Shown here piece by piece: positions 26,829-37,203 of a stretch of DNA of 64,000 nt. The notes below the pieces were generated by a model. That model was not told where the DNA came from. It saw nothing but the letters and a program-made list of their open reading frames with translations, and did not search any database. A program made the position numbers and the translations under genes. Position 1 is the first letter of the stretch, and each line of letters begins with the position of its first letter. The stretch lies in the sequence record NC_042116.1; one strand, 5' to 3'.

Positions 26829-27139
26829 TGATTTATAAATTAAACCAATTATTTTGGAATACTAATGAAAGTACTGGATATCGTCATGTAAGTATAGAAT
26901 ATAATAATCGTACATTAATGGCTGTAACGGCTCATAACGTGTCTGGAACGTGGACATCACGAGTGATACCTATGGGATTTTCTTTTGAACTGGATGAGGT
27001 ACAAGCGGTATCACGTGTGTTTGAATCACTACCATCATTGATGACATTTATGTGTTCAACCAATTTATCAGTTGAAGATATTCAAAATTTTCTGTTGACA
27101 ATACAACAAAACTACGATACACTCAGTAAACATATATAA
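26825..27139 (+). CDS. Hypothetical protein
   Basis: Overlapping start. Confidence 0.6.
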   Translation: MMIYKLNQLFWNTNESTGYRHVSIEYNNRTLMAVTAHNVSGTWTSRVIPMGFSFELDEVQAVSRVFESLPSLMTFMCSTNLSVEDIQNFLLTIQQNYDTLSKHI

Positions 27140-27153
27140 AAAAAGAAGGTAAG

Positions 27154-27732
27154 TTGATGAGCAGTTTGATGACTAAAACATTTGCCAAGTACTTACGTTT
27201 AGGAATTACTCCTAGACCAGTGCGTGGTAATTGGAAAGATGGTGATTACATGTACAGTATCTATCATGATGAAGTACAGTACGCTATTGATGATATGGGC
27301 GATTACGAAATTGATTTAGATATTGAACATATATTAGAATGTTTAAATGCACGTGAAACCATAATTGATCGTAATCATGTAATTGTCAGAGAACTATATG
27401 AGCATTTTATGAGTGTATTTGACACTGATATTTGGGTTCGTGTCGGTATTGGGATGCAATTAAGTGTTGTGTTTGGTTCAGTACATGGTGAATTTGCAAC
27501 GTTCATGATGGATTTTGTTGATATGGATAAGTTCAATCAAATTGTTGCAGAAATAAGAGAAAAGATATTATCAGAAACTGATAAAGAACCTGAAATATTA
27601 CCATCTGAGTACTACACTTTAATTTTACACAATCGAGAAGACATTAAACTACTTGATGGGTATTTTAATTCTAAAGTACATGTGTACTTTATGGATGAAT
27701 TTGAAGATGATGATGATGATGATGACCAATAA
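27154..27732 (+). CDS. Hypothetical protein with an acidic tail
   Basis: ORF track. Confidence 0.7.
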   Translation: MMSSLMTKTFAKYLRLGITPRPVRGNWKDGDYMYSIYHDEVQYAIDDMGDYEIDLDIEHILECLNARETIIDRNHVIVRELYEHFMSVFDTDIWVRVGIGMQLSVVFGSVHGEFATFMMDFVDMDKFNQIVAEIREKILSETDKEPEILPSEYYTLILHNREDIKLLDGYFNSKVHVYFMDEFEDDDDDDDQ

Positions 27733-27749
27733 AAACTAAGGCAAATAAA

Positions 27750-28454
27750 ATGCAAAAAACTGATTATTCCAAATTACGTACTAAAATTTTAGGAATTATT
27801 GAAGGTTTAACAATGACAGATTCAAAGTACTTTGATTTACGAAAAGTACTTATTTATGCTGAAGGAATTCATCACTATACTCGTCGTGATGGTTCTCCTG
27901 AATTCTCTCATCAACTTGAGATGTTAAGCTTAGCACTTAGTTTACACAATTCATTGATTAAACCATTTGAAGTTTATATGGCAATTATTGTGCATGATAC
28001 TATTGAAGATTATCCTGAAAAATCTGAAGAACTTCATTCAATGTTTCCTGATATTGCTCAATATAGTCGTAAATTATCTAAGTTTGTTGATAGTGATAAT
28101 AATGAAGATGAAAAAACATATTATAGATATTTTGATAATATTAGTAAATGTGAAGTATGTTCAGTTGTAAAATTAATTGACCGTATTCATAATTTAAGTA
28201 CTGCACCTGGTGTATTCAGTAATACTAAGATTAGTGAATATTGTGATGAAGTTGATACTTATTTTCTTTGTATGATGCATATAGCAAAAAGTAATTTCAA
28301 TCAACGTGAAGTATATGAAGTACTTAAATTTATTCTTCAAAATGAAGTACGTACAATTCGTACATTTTTACGAATAGCAACAAATATAGAACAACAAAAA
28401 ACTATTTCTGCAAGTGAACTAGTTAATCGTTTAAAAGGAAATTCGAGTAAATGA
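27750..28454 (+). CDS. SpoT/Mesh1-type HD hydrolase (small alarmone hydrolase-like)
   Basis: H..TRRDGSPEFSH, HDTIED, VKLIDRIHNL. Confidence 0.85.
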   Translation: MQKTDYSKLRTKILGIIEGLTMTDSKYFDLRKVLIYAEGIHHYTRRDGSPEFSHQLEMLSLALSLHNSLIKPFEVYMAIIVHDTIEDYPEKSEELHSMFPDIAQYSRKLSKFVDSDNNEDEKTYYRYFDNISKCEVCSVVKLIDRIHNLSTAPGVFSNTKISEYCDEVDTYFLCMMHIAKSNFNQREVYEVLKFILQNEVRTIRTFLRIATNIEQQKTISASELVNRLKGNSSK

Positions 28455-29515
28455 GTTTTGAAAAACAACGTAATATAATTACCCGCACACTTGGTGAAGA
28501 CAATATTCGTCTATTAAAAATGACCAATGCTATTCTTGCTGGTGGAGCAATTACTTCTATTTTTAGTGGTAAAGAAATTAATGATTTTGACATTTACTTT
28601 CGTAAAGTAGAAGATTTGCTTGCTTTTGTTCGCAATGCTTATTGTGATGAAGAACATTTAACAGATGAATTATTTGCTGAATTAGCACCCTTCTCATTAA
28701 TATGCACGAGTTATACTACTCGTAGTATTACATTTAATAATGATAATAACTTAAAAATTCAATTAATTCATTTTGATTATTTTGACACCATTCAACAAAT
28801 TTTTGACAGTTATGATTTCCACCACAACATGGGTGCATATGATTTTAGTACTGATGAATTTGTACTAGATGACCATTTCTTAACTGATATTGCTCAACGT
28901 AGACTTACTTTTAATGATGGTACTAAGTATCCAATTATGAGTACTTTGAGAGTTTCAAAATATATTGATCGTGGTTATGTAATTTCAAAGAAAGAAATGT
29001 TTAAAATTGCATTATCTGTTTCTAGATTAGATATACAAACATGGGATGAACTTGAAGATCAGTTAAGTGGTTTTTATGGTGTTGATATTTCAAAAATGTT
29101 TGATAGAACTGAAGAGTTTAGTTTAGAAAGTGCTATTGGTATGTTAGATAAAGTGGAAGAAATTCCCGAACAAGAAAATAATATACATCCTACGTTAAAC
29201 GATCTATTGTTTAATATTATTGGATCACCTTATACTACACAACGTATTTTCTTTAAGACTGTCATTTTAGATGGTATTAATTATGTTTCTACTACTTCAA
29301 ACGACATATTTACATTAGATACAGTACTACAATGTAATAACATGTGTGTTAGTGGGACAATTAATGAAACTCGTAACAACAGATATTTGTTTGGAGCAAA
29401 TAGCCAAATTGCAATATTACAATTACTTGATGGTAATGTTTCAATGAGAGCTAATGATTTAGTACTAAATGGTACAGTTAAATTATTAGCTATAAAAGAT
29501 ATGAATGAGGTTTAA
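28451..29515 (+). CDS. Nucleotidyltransferase (polyA polymerase/CCA-enzyme-like head)
   Basis: AGGAITS....INDFDIYF; IQLI; FD....MGAYD; RV.KY..RGY. Confidence 0.75.
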   Translation: MSFEKQRNIITRTLGEDNIRLLKMTNAILAGGAITSIFSGKEINDFDIYFRKVEDLLAFVRNAYCDEEHLTDELFAELAPFSLICTSYTTRSITFNNDNNLKIQLIHFDYFDTIQQIFDSYDFHHNMGAYDFSTDEFVLDDHFLTDIAQRRLTFNDGTKYPIMSTLRVSKYIDRGYVISKKEMFKIALSVSRLDIQTWDELEDQLSGFYGVDISKMFDRTEEFSLESAIGMLDKVEEIPEQENNIHPTLNDLLFNIIGSPYTTQRIFFKTVILDGINYVSTTSNDIFTLDTVLQCNNMCVSGTINETRNNRYLFGANSQIAILQLLDGNVSMRANDLVLNGTVKLLAIKDMNEV

Positions 29516-29725
29516 TAATGTGGTATTTGGAAATAAGTATAGATAATTCTGAAACATCTTACGAAGTGGTGTTTACTGGATTATATCATACAGAACAGGA
29601 AGCAAAGAAAGAAAGTAGTGAATGGTTTAGGGGTTTAAAGATTATTAAATTCGTACCAATTTATACTAAAGAATGACAATTTAAGGGAGTAGTGTAGCAA
29701 GTTTATTCACAAGGAGTGTGGAGCG

Positions 29726-30457
29726 ATGGTAGATCGTATTAAATTTGCAACTGAAATGGCGAACGAATTGAACATGGCTAATTTTCAGTCTTTAACATCC
29801 GTAATGGCAGAATACGCAACTGCTGGTGCGGTCGATGGTGTTCAATGTGGTCAAGCTAATATGTTAGCTGATGTATACAGTACTTTAAATAGTACTCAAT
29901 ATTCAGTAAAAACATATAAAGATGATTTTGTTTCGTTATATATGAACGGTGTAGTTAAAGATGAACGTAGATATACTGATCCAATTATTGAACGTAGAGT
30001 AGCAGGTGTATCAGATCCTAACGGTGATCCGGTTATTGTACTTCAAGAAGTACTTCAAGATATTCGTGATAATGAAAATAAAAGTAAAAGTCATTATGGT
30101 GTTAATAACACTGAAACGATTTTACTAGGATATAGTGAAGATGAACAGTTTTATTACTTTAGATTATCTGAAATGCCTTATGTGTATGAACAACCTGTTA
30201 TAGTAGATGTGAAGTATTTCACGGATCGTAGCAAGAACTTTAATAAACATGATGGTAACCGTACATCAATTGTTGGTTTTAATGAGGATGGTATTCAAAT
30301 TTATGAATGGGTACATCCTAATAATCAAACATACACGAGATGTTTGAAGAAGCGTTATTGTTTAGAAGATGCTGATTCATTCTATTTCAAAATAGAAAAA
30401 CAATCATATTCACGTCCTGATAATTCAGTACTCATGGGTATGGTTCATATTTGTTAA
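29726..30457 (+). CDS. Hypothetical protein
   Basis: 243-aa ORF with RBS. Confidence 0.7.
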   Translation: MVDRIKFATEMANELNMANFQSLTSVMAEYATAGAVDGVQCGQANMLADVYSTLNSTQYSVKTYKDDFVSLYMNGVVKDERRYTDPIIERRVAGVSDPNGDPVIVLQEVLQDIRDNENKSKSHYGVNNTETILLGYSEDEQFYYFRLSEMPYVYEQPVIVDVKYFTDRSKNFNKHDGNRTSIVGFNEDGIQIYEWVHPNNQTYTRCLKKRYCLEDADSFYFKIEKQSYSRPDNSVLMGMVHIC

Positions 30458-30502
30458 CTAAATTGCCCTGATTTTATCGGGGCATTATTTTAAGGAAAGT
30501 TA

Positions 30503-30796
30503 ATGATAGATTTAAACAACACCGATTACGTTACGATATTAATAGAAGCTTCAAAAATTTTAGATGGAACTTTAGTACAGAAACCTACGGGTGAGGTAAT
30601 TTATACCTTAGAAACTAGAAAACCAAATAAAAATTACATTTACAATGATTGGGGAAGATATGATAAAGATAATGGTATGGTTTACTTGAAACATGACAAT
30701 GGGGTATACTATTCATATCCAAAGAATAGGATGTTAAAAGTGACGATTTACAAGTACGATTTACAAAAATATATTGATGAAACGTGTGAATATTGA
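30503..30796 (+). CDS. Hypothetical protein
   Basis: RBS AAGGA. Confidence 0.65.
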   Translation: MIDLNNTDYVTILIEASKILDGTLVQKPTGEVIYTLETRKPNKNYIYNDWGRYDKDNGMVYLKHDNGVYYSYPKNRMLKVTIYKYDLQKYIDETCEY

Positions 30797-30855
30797 TTGA
30801 CATTATTAAAATCTTAAAGTACACTATCAATCTGATTAATTATGAGGTTAACTTT

Positions 30856-31122
30856 ATGTATGCAATATATAGCTTTGAAGATTTGACTTATCATCATGAT
30901 TTTAGCTTGATCAAAAAGGGATTTAGTGATATGGAAACGGCAGAATCATTCAAAGCTGAACTTGAGTCTGGACGTTTTTCATCTGAATATCTAGCTGAAT
31001 TAGTTGTATGCAAAGAACTAAAAACTCATGATAACGAAGAATCTAACATCGGATTTGATAAAGAAGATATGATGGAAGATTATATTGAATTGGTTCACAA
31101 ATATTTTGGAGATGTAAAATGA
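30856..31122 (+). CDS. Hypothetical protein
   Basis: RBS GAGG at the trimmed start. Confidence 0.65.
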   Translation: MYAIYSFEDLTYHHDFSLIKKGFSDMETAESFKAELESGRFSSEYLAELVVCKELKTHDNEESNIGFDKEDMMEDYIELVHKYFGDVK

Positions 31123-32279
31123 ATACTGAAGTTATTTTTAATGATCTAATGAACTTAACGGCAACAAATGATGCCTTTATGTGGAAGGATTTTAAATCTG
31201 TTGGTGGTGGAAACTTCCGTATTTTTACATACCGCCTTGCAAGTTATACTGATTTTTTATCACCAAGTGCATTAGAATGTCGTGGTACAATGTTTGAGAT
31301 TTCTAAACATGATCATGATACTGGTTCATATCTTCGTGTAGCATCAAGAACTCCACAAAAGTTCTTTAATGCTTATGAAAACCCATTTACTATGTATGAT
31401 AAAACTACATTGAGTTCAGAAATTTCGGTTGTAATGGATAAACTTGATGGTTCTATTATTAGTACTTTTATGGATGTTGATTTTGTAGTACGTACTAAAT
31501 CACATGGATCGTTAGATTCTGAACATGCATATAATAGTACTGCACTGTTACATAAAGATAAAGAATTCTATGAAGAAGTATTTCAAGCAGAAATGTTCGG
31601 ATATACAGTAAACATGGAATATACTTCACCGGAATTTCGTATTGTTCTTCCTTATCAAGAAGATGATTTAACGGTATTGAATTTACGGCATCGTGCTAAT
31701 GGATCTTTGTTGATTGGTAAAGAATTAGAGGCTCAATTCCCATTACTTTATGCACGTTCTGTATTTGCAAAGTACGGTGAAATTGATAGTACTTTTCCAA
31801 TGCATGAAACATTATATGATAGTATTGAAGCTGTTCGTACTATGACTGATATTGAGGGTTATGTATTGATCCTTAATGATGGTCGTATGTGTAAGATTAA
31901 GACTGACTGGTATAGTGCATTACATTTTACAAAAGATAGTATTAATGTTGATTCACGTTTATATGAAGCAGTTATTGCTGGTGGTTCAGATGATTTAAAA
32001 CAATTATTTGGTACTGATCCTTATAGTCTTAAAAAGATCGAAAAAATGGAACAGCTTGTTTTTTCTTGCTATAATAAGTTAGTACATGATGTTGAAACGT
32101 TCGTAGAAGCGAACAAACACATGGAACGAAAAGACTATGCGTTAAAAGTTCAGGCTGAATTGCCTAATGAACTTGGTAAACCAGGTCTAGCATTTAATCT
32201 TTATAATTCTAAGCCCGTAGATTATAAAAACACTATGCTAAAATATATGAAGGATGTTCTTAAAGAATTCGAAGTTTAA
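31119..32279 (+). CDS. rnlA: T4-like RNA ligase 1
   Basis: YRLASY.DF..P.ALECRG.MFE; KFFN; KLDGSII; EY.SP..RIV; IEGYV; KIKT.WY..LH..KDSI. Confidence 0.93.
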   Translation: MNTEVIFNDLMNLTATNDAFMWKDFKSVGGGNFRIFTYRLASYTDFLSPSALECRGTMFEISKHDHDTGSYLRVASRTPQKFFNAYENPFTMYDKTTLSSEISVVMDKLDGSIISTFMDVDFVVRTKSHGSLDSEHAYNSTALLHKDKEFYEEVFQAEMFGYTVNMEYTSPEFRIVLPYQEDDLTVLNLRHRANGSLLIGKELEAQFPLLYARSVFAKYGEIDSTFPMHETLYDSIEAVRTMTDIEGYVLILNDGRMCKIKTDWYSALHFTKDSINVDSRLYEAVIAGGSDDLKQLFGTDPYSLKKIEKMEQLVFSCYNKLVHDVETFVEANKHMERKDYALKVQAELPNELGKPGLAFNLYNSKPVDYKNTMLKYMKDVLKEFEV

Positions 32280-32305
32280 GGACATTTATAGCCTAACAAG
32301 GAGTA

Positions 32306-32545
32306 GTGATGGCTAAACCGAAATATAATTCAAAAAAGGGCGATGTACGAACACCTGAAGAACATAGAAAAATACTACAAGAAATAGACGCTGTGCAAAG
32401 TGAACGCTCAAGGAAAGGGGTTGCTAAAAGTGCAAAGCGTCTAAAAAATACTTTAGGTATTAGCAGTACTATGTATAAAAAGGAACGTAAGCCTAAAAAT
32501 ACCAAACCAAAGATTTATGATTTAGGAAGATACGCACGTGAGTAA
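32306..32545 (+). CDS. Small basic protein
   Basis: RBS AGGAG. Confidence 0.6.
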   Translation: MMAKPKYNSKKGDVRTPEEHRKILQEIDAVQSERSRKGVAKSAKRLKNTLGISSTMYKKERKPKNTKPKIYDLGRYARE

Positions 32546-32765
32546 TATCCAAACAATAGAACTAGTTAAAGTTGTATATAAAGATCGTGAGTTTTTTCTT
32601 ATACCTGCATCAGCACCGCTTTCCTATTCAGAAAAAAATGAAATGGTAAGTTATGTTAGAGATATTGGTGATGTTGCATTTATTGTTGATGATGAAGTGT
32701 ACTTCGATGAAGGAGCTAACTTCAACTTAACAATGAAGTACTGTAACAAATACGTTTTCATTTAA
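32538..32765 (+). CDS. Hypothetical protein
   Basis: Overlapping start. Confidence 0.55.
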   Translation: MSNIQTIELVKVVYKDREFFLIPASAPLSYSEKNEMVSYVRDIGDVAFIVDDEVYFDEGANFNLTMKYCNKYVFI

Positions 32766-32777
32766 AAGGAGATTTCC

Positions 32778-33002
32778 ATGAAAGTAGAAGTTCAACACAG
32801 TATTGTACAAGACATGTCGGTAGTTAAGTTTTTATCTTTAAAAGATTATCACCGAGCACTTGACTTTTTAGACAAGAATGGGTTATCATGGACACCTCTT
32901 AAATATAGTTCTCGATTAGACACGGCGAGTATTCGTGTATCAGAGCATGTATTAACAATAATCACTGATAAATTTGGAATAGGAAAATCATGCCAACATT
33001 AA
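32778..33002 (+). CDS. Hypothetical protein
   Basis: RBS AGGAG. Confidence 0.6.
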   Translation: MKVEVQHSIVQDMSVVKFLSLKDYHRALDFLDKNGLSWTPLKYSSRLDTASIRVSEHVLTIITDKFGIGKSCQH

Positions 33003-33916
33003 CATTAACAGTTGGATTACCAGGATGTGGTAAAACCACATGGGCGAATGAGCAAGTTCGAACATCACGGTCTAAAACCGTGAATGTAAACCTTGATGAT
33101 GTTCGCCAAACAATGGCAGGTTCACATAGTAATTACAAGTTCCGCAAAGACAACGAACAGTACGTGCAAAACGCTCAGTACAGTGCAGCAGAACATGCAG
33201 CAGTTAATGGTTGGAATATCATTGTATCAGATACAAATTTAAACCCAACTGTTCGCAATAAGTGGAAAGAATTTGCTAAAAAATATAATTACACTTACAA
33301 AGAACATAGCTTCTTAGAAGAATATAAAAAAGATAAAACTTTCGAACATAATTTCTTTGCAGTGAAAGGGTTTGTTAAACAATGTAAAGAACGTAACCTT
33401 TTGCGTGAAAAATCAGTACCAGAAGATGTAATTGATGGAATGGCTGAAAAGTACTTCTATAATACAATGAAAGTTGAAACTTCAACGGTATTTGATTTGG
33501 AAGACGTAATCATTGTTGATATCGATGGTACTCTTGCACATATGGATGGTAAACGTGGTCCATATGAAGAAAACAAAGTACTATTAGATACTCCAGATTC
33601 TGAAGTAATTCTTTCAGTACTGGCTGAAAAGAACTATCTAGGTCGTAAAGTAATCGTCATGAGTGGTCGTCATGTAACTTGCCAAGAAGATACAGAAGCA
33701 TGGTTACAGAAGTACGGAGTACCATATGATCATATCTTCATGCGTAAAGCTGATGACAATCGTTCTGATGATATTGTGAAGTACGAGCTTTACATGGAAC
33801 ACGTACACAACAAATACAACGTTGCGAAAATCTATGATGATCGTGATCAAGTATGTTTCATGTGGCGGCATCTATTAGGTCTTAAAGTATTACAAGTTGC
33901 TGAAGGTAACTTTTAA
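32990..33916 (+). CDS. pseT: Polynucleotide 5'-kinase/3'-phosphatase
   Basis: P-loop GLPGCGKTT; HAD motif DIDGTLA; SGR; DDR.QV..MWR..GL. Confidence 0.95.
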   Translation: MPTLTLTVGLPGCGKTTWANEQVRTSRSKTVNVNLDDVRQTMAGSHSNYKFRKDNEQYVQNAQYSAAEHAAVNGWNIIVSDTNLNPTVRNKWKEFAKKYNYTYKEHSFLEEYKKDKTFEHNFFAVKGFVKQCKERNLLREKSVPEDVIDGMAEKYFYNTMKVETSTVFDLEDVIIVDIDGTLAHMDGKRGPYEENKVLLDTPDSEVILSVLAEKNYLGRKVIVMSGRHVTCQEDTEAWLQKYGVPYDHIFMRKADDNRSDDIVKYELYMEHVHNKYNVAKIYDDRDQVCFMWRHLLGLKVLQVAEGNF

Positions 33917-33976
33917 TAATCAGTAGGGGATATAAAAATATCCCCTATTTTTAATTAATAAAATAAGGAGTTTAAC

Positions 33977-34159
33977 ATGGCTTGTGTTGTATATAAAATT
34001 ATTAAAAAAGGTCAAACATCAATATATGATATTATTATTCATGATGATGAATATTGGTTTGGAACAGCTTTAATTCATGGTGGTGGAATTAGAGAAACGT
34101 TAGAAAAGAGATATCCAGATGATGAGTACAGAATAGACGTACACTTTAGGGTTGATTAA
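33977..34159 (+). CDS. Hypothetical protein
   Basis: RBS AGGAG. Confidence 0.6.
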   Translation: MACVVYKIIKKGQTSIYDIIIHDDEYWFGTALIHGGGIRETLEKRYPDDEYRIDVHFRVD

Positions 34160-34425
34160 TGTATACTATACACGATAAAATGCTTATTAGAAATATTGCT
34201 GACTTGATTATTGAAGATCCTTCAATGTTTAAAACTATTGGTATTGGTGAAAATGTAACTATAATATTTCCACCAATGAAAGATTTGGTAGAGTACTTAT
34301 ATAGTACTGATTATGTTGATTTAAGTACTATTAAAAGTTTAGTTGCTGATATTTCTGATATATCTGTTCGTAATATATTCCAATCAGCTATAGGACAATG
34401 GAATAATTTAAGAACTTATGAATAA
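34159..34425 (+). CDS. Hypothetical protein
   Basis: Coupled start. Confidence 0.6.
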   Translation: MYTIHDKMLIRNIADLIIEDPSMFKTIGIGENVTIIFPPMKDLVEYLYSTDYVDLSTIKSLVADISDISVRNIFQSAIGQWNNLRTYE

Positions 34426-34434
34426 AAAATTCGA

Positions 34435-34641
34435 TTGGGGTTAATAATGGAAAAAACAATATATCTATTTTACTATACAAGTAATGAAATTGTAGACCAT
34501 GATCATGAATACAATTCTGTATATGAAGATGTACATTATAATTTAGGTTCATTTTCAGATTTACAAAACGGATTAGAGTACTATCAAAGTAAGTACCCTG
34601 ATAAAGAAATAAAATATCAAACTGTTCGTCTTAATGATTGA
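34435..34641 (+). CDS. Hypothetical protein
   Basis: ORF track. Confidence 0.55.
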   Translation: MGLIMEKTIYLFYYTSNEIVDHDHEYNSVYEDVHYNLGSFSDLQNGLEYYQSKYPDKEIKYQTVRLND

Positions 34642-34655
34642 ATTGAGGATTAAAC

Positions 34656-34823
34656 ATGAGCTTTGTTGCTTTTCTTATTTGGCTTTTCTTGATGGTAATT
34701 ACCTTCATTAAAGCACGTGACTATGGTCGTTCTAAACTATTATGGGTTGTTATTGGTTTAGTACTATCACCTATTCTTTCACTTATTGGCTTACTAATTT
34801 TGGGGAAATCTTATGACCGTTGA
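34656..34823 (+). CDS. 55-aa two-helix membrane protein
   Basis: Translated by hand (MSFVAFLIWLFL...GRSKLLWVVIGLVLSPILSL); RBS GAGGA. Confidence 0.6.
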   Translation: MSFVAFLIWLFLMVITFIKARDYGRSKLLWVVIGLVLSPILSLIGLLILGKSYDR

Positions 34824-35238
34824 AATTAAATTAAATGGTAAAACTTATGAATTACCAGATGATATTGATATCATGGATAATCCTAGTGATGACCGTGTTA
34901 TTAAATTAAACTTATCTCGCTCTGATCTGAGTGAAGGTATTTGGATTGTGATTCATGAAAAAGATTTAGAAGATTATAAAAATGGTGTTTTTGATGAAGA
35001 ATACACTCGTGTATGTTCTTTATCAAATCATGCAGTTTGTGGTATTCCGTGGGGTGCATATGTACCATATAAATTACAAGGTACAGAACGTCCAATCTCC
35101 GTATTTGAAGATGTTATTAATACTGAAACCGATGAAGTATATTTTCCGTTTAAAGTACGAGTAGCATACGAAGAAGCTAATTTTGTCGAAGAAGAATTCT
35201 TAGATGAAGAAGCTGACGATCAAGATCTTAAAGATTAA
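34813..35238 (+). CDS. Hypothetical acidic protein
   Basis: ORF track. Confidence 0.7.
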   Translation: MTVEIKLNGKTYELPDDIDIMDNPSDDRVIKLNLSRSDLSEGIWIVIHEKDLEDYKNGVFDEEYTRVCSLSNHAVCGIPWGAYVPYKLQGTERPISVFEDVINTETDEVYFPFKVRVAYEEANFVEEEFLDEEADDQDLKD

Positions 35239-35284
35239 ATTTAATCAATAGCCGAAGAGATTCGGCTTTTTAATAGGTAATATT

Positions 35285-35638
35285 ATGAGTGAAAGACAAT
35301 TTGGTGAATACCAGCATGAGTTAGAACTGAATGGTAGAATTGATGATATTGATTCACGTCAATCATTTTACAGCAACTTAATTATAATTTATAATCTTGT
35401 AGTAGCTTTCGATGATGATTATTGGTCTGATGATGAAGATGTAGACCCTAACGAACTTTTTAGAAATTATACAACATTAACTCTTGAAGTACTACAAAAT
35501 ATTAAAGATGGTATTAGTATTGATGGTGGTAGTGCTAGTTATGAAATTAATTTTATGTTTGATGTTCTTGAAGGTGGTGATATGAATGATTCATTTGGCA
35601 CTGAAGGTTGGCGTCATAATTTAGGATGGGGAGAATGA
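35285..35638 (+). CDS. Hypothetical acidic protein
   Basis: ORF track. Confidence 0.7.
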   Translation: MSERQFGEYQHELELNGRIDDIDSRQSFYSNLIIIYNLVVAFDDDYWSDDEDVDPNELFRNYTTLTLEVLQNIKDGISIDGGSASYEINFMFDVLEGGDMNDSFGTEGWRHNLGWGE

Positions 35639-35838
35639 TGGCTATTTTTGGATTAGTTTGTATTATCTATTTTTCAATAGCATTTATTGTATTTTTGCAT
35701 TTTGTATTAACTGAAACATCAGGTAATATATTTGATGGAATTGTATTAATTATTGCGGTAGGTATTGCATGTTTATGGCCTGTATTTTCTGTATATTATA
35801 TATTAGAATGGTATAACAATAAAAAGAGAAAAAAATGA
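35626..35838 (+). CDS. Membrane protein (2 TM)
   Basis: Hydrophobic segments. Confidence 0.6.
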   Translation: MGRMMAIFGLVCIIYFSIAFIVFLHFVLTETSGNIFDGIVLIIAVGIACLWPVFSVYYILEWYNNKKRKK

Positions 35839-36074
35839 AAAAAATATTGACAGTATTGTTGATTTCTTTTATACTTTCTGGATGTGATGGTAAATCCGAG
35901 AATCGTACTGAAAAATATGATTTACCAACTGAATTAAAAGATTGTCAGATATATAAACTCACTTCTAATAGTACAAGTAAGACGTTGTATGTAGTACGCT
36001 GCCCTAATTCATCTACACAAACAACATTTAATTCTGGCAAAAATAACAGTACTTCAACTTCTTATAATGAGTGA
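35835..36074 (+). CDS. Lipoprotein
   Basis: Signal peptide with lipobox LSGC. Confidence 0.75.
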   Translation: MKKILTVLLISFILSGCDGKSENRTEKYDLPTELKDCQIYKLTSNSTSKTLYVVRCPNSSTQTTFNSGKNNSTSTSYNE

Positions 36075-36441
36075 TAAAAATATGGAAAAAGTATATGTAT
36101 CGGTAGATGGAATTGAATTTAGTTCTAAAGAAGATTTATTAGAATATCAAAAGTTAGCAGAGTTAGCAGGTAATGACTTTGCTGAAAAACGTAGACAGTA
36201 CTTAATACTTAAAGAAATTTCTAATAATGCGTTAAATGAACTATTGAAATTTCAAGAAGAATGTACGCATGAATATGTTCAAATACGAGCACGTTCAAAC
36301 ACTGGTAACTATGACCCTTCACAAAATTCATATTGGTATGAAATAAAATGTAAGTGTTGTAATAAACGGTGGGACGAAGATCAATCTGATTCTCAATACA
36401 GAGGAAAATTAGATGATAAAAAAGTTGAAAGGATACGATAA
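36067..36441 (+). CDS. Hypothetical protein, possible Zn ribbon
   Basis: CTH...CKCC. Confidence 0.65.
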   Translation: MSDKNMEKVYVSVDGIEFSSKEDLLEYQKLAELAGNDFAEKRRQYLILKEISNNALNELLKFQEECTHEYVQIRARSNTGNYDPSQNSYWYEIKCKCCNKRWDEDQSDSQYRGKLDDKKVERIR

Positions 36442-36671
36442 TGATAGTAGCAATGAGTATTACTAGTGAATCAAGTGATCACTATTTGGAATTATTTGTT
36501 GATAAAACAGTAGAACAAATCAAAGAAGAATTATATGACAATATGGAAATGTATGAACCAGTTAGTGATTATGCAGTAACCTTTGATGATAATACTACAC
36601 CATCTGAAAAAACGCAAGTTGAAACCATGTTATCAGATTGGTATAACCACTCGTGGGGGAATGATGAATAA
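36441..36671 (+). CDS. Hypothetical protein
   Basis: Coupled start. Confidence 0.6.
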   Translation: MIVAMSITSESSDHYLELFVDKTVEQIKEELYDNMEMYEPVSDYAVTFDDNTTPSEKTQVETMLSDWYNHSWGNDE

Positions 36672-36918
36672 CGAAAAATCAGGAATTGAATACACTTTAC
36701 TTGAAAGTTGGGAAGGGTGGGACGAATATGGTATATCAGATTTATATTTTTATAATGTAAAGCTTAACGTTGAAATATTTGGTGAAGATTTCATTAAACA
36801 ATATGTAGGACGTACATTAAATTTAGGTATGTATCTTTCAACTAGTACTATTGAAGTTTATGTTTCTGGTGAAGATGATCCAGTATTGATTAAAAATGTG
36901 AAATTATGTTTAGTCTGA
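36661..36918 (+). CDS. Hypothetical protein
   Basis: RBS at the trimmed start. Confidence 0.6.
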   Translation: MMNNEKSGIEYTLLESWEGWDEYGISDLYFYNVKLNVEIFGEDFIKQYVGRTLNLGMYLSTSTIEVYVSGEDDPVLIKNVKLCLV

Positions 36919-36951
36919 GTCTTTGACTCAGTTTTAATTAAGGAAACTTAT

Positions 36952-37203
36952 ATGGCAATTTTTATTGTATTATATTTGGTTGGATTTATTTCAACTATTA
37001 TGTATTATATTATGTATAAAATTAAATGTGTTGAAAATGGTTCAGTTTCATTTGGTGATATTATTTTTTGTTTTATATTATCATCATTTGGGTGGATGTT
37101 AGTACCACTAATTGTATGTGCTGAAATTATTGAGAACAATTATGGTTCAAGAATTAATAAATTTTTTAGTACTCCATTATTTAAAGCTAAAGGTGATTTG
37201 TGA
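36952..37203 (+). CDS. Membrane protein
   Basis: Two hydrophobic segments. Confidence 0.65.
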   Translation: MAIFIVLYLVGFISTIMYYIMYKIKCVENGSVSFGDIIFCFILSSFGWMLVPLIVCAEIIENNYGSRINKFFSTPLFKAKGDL

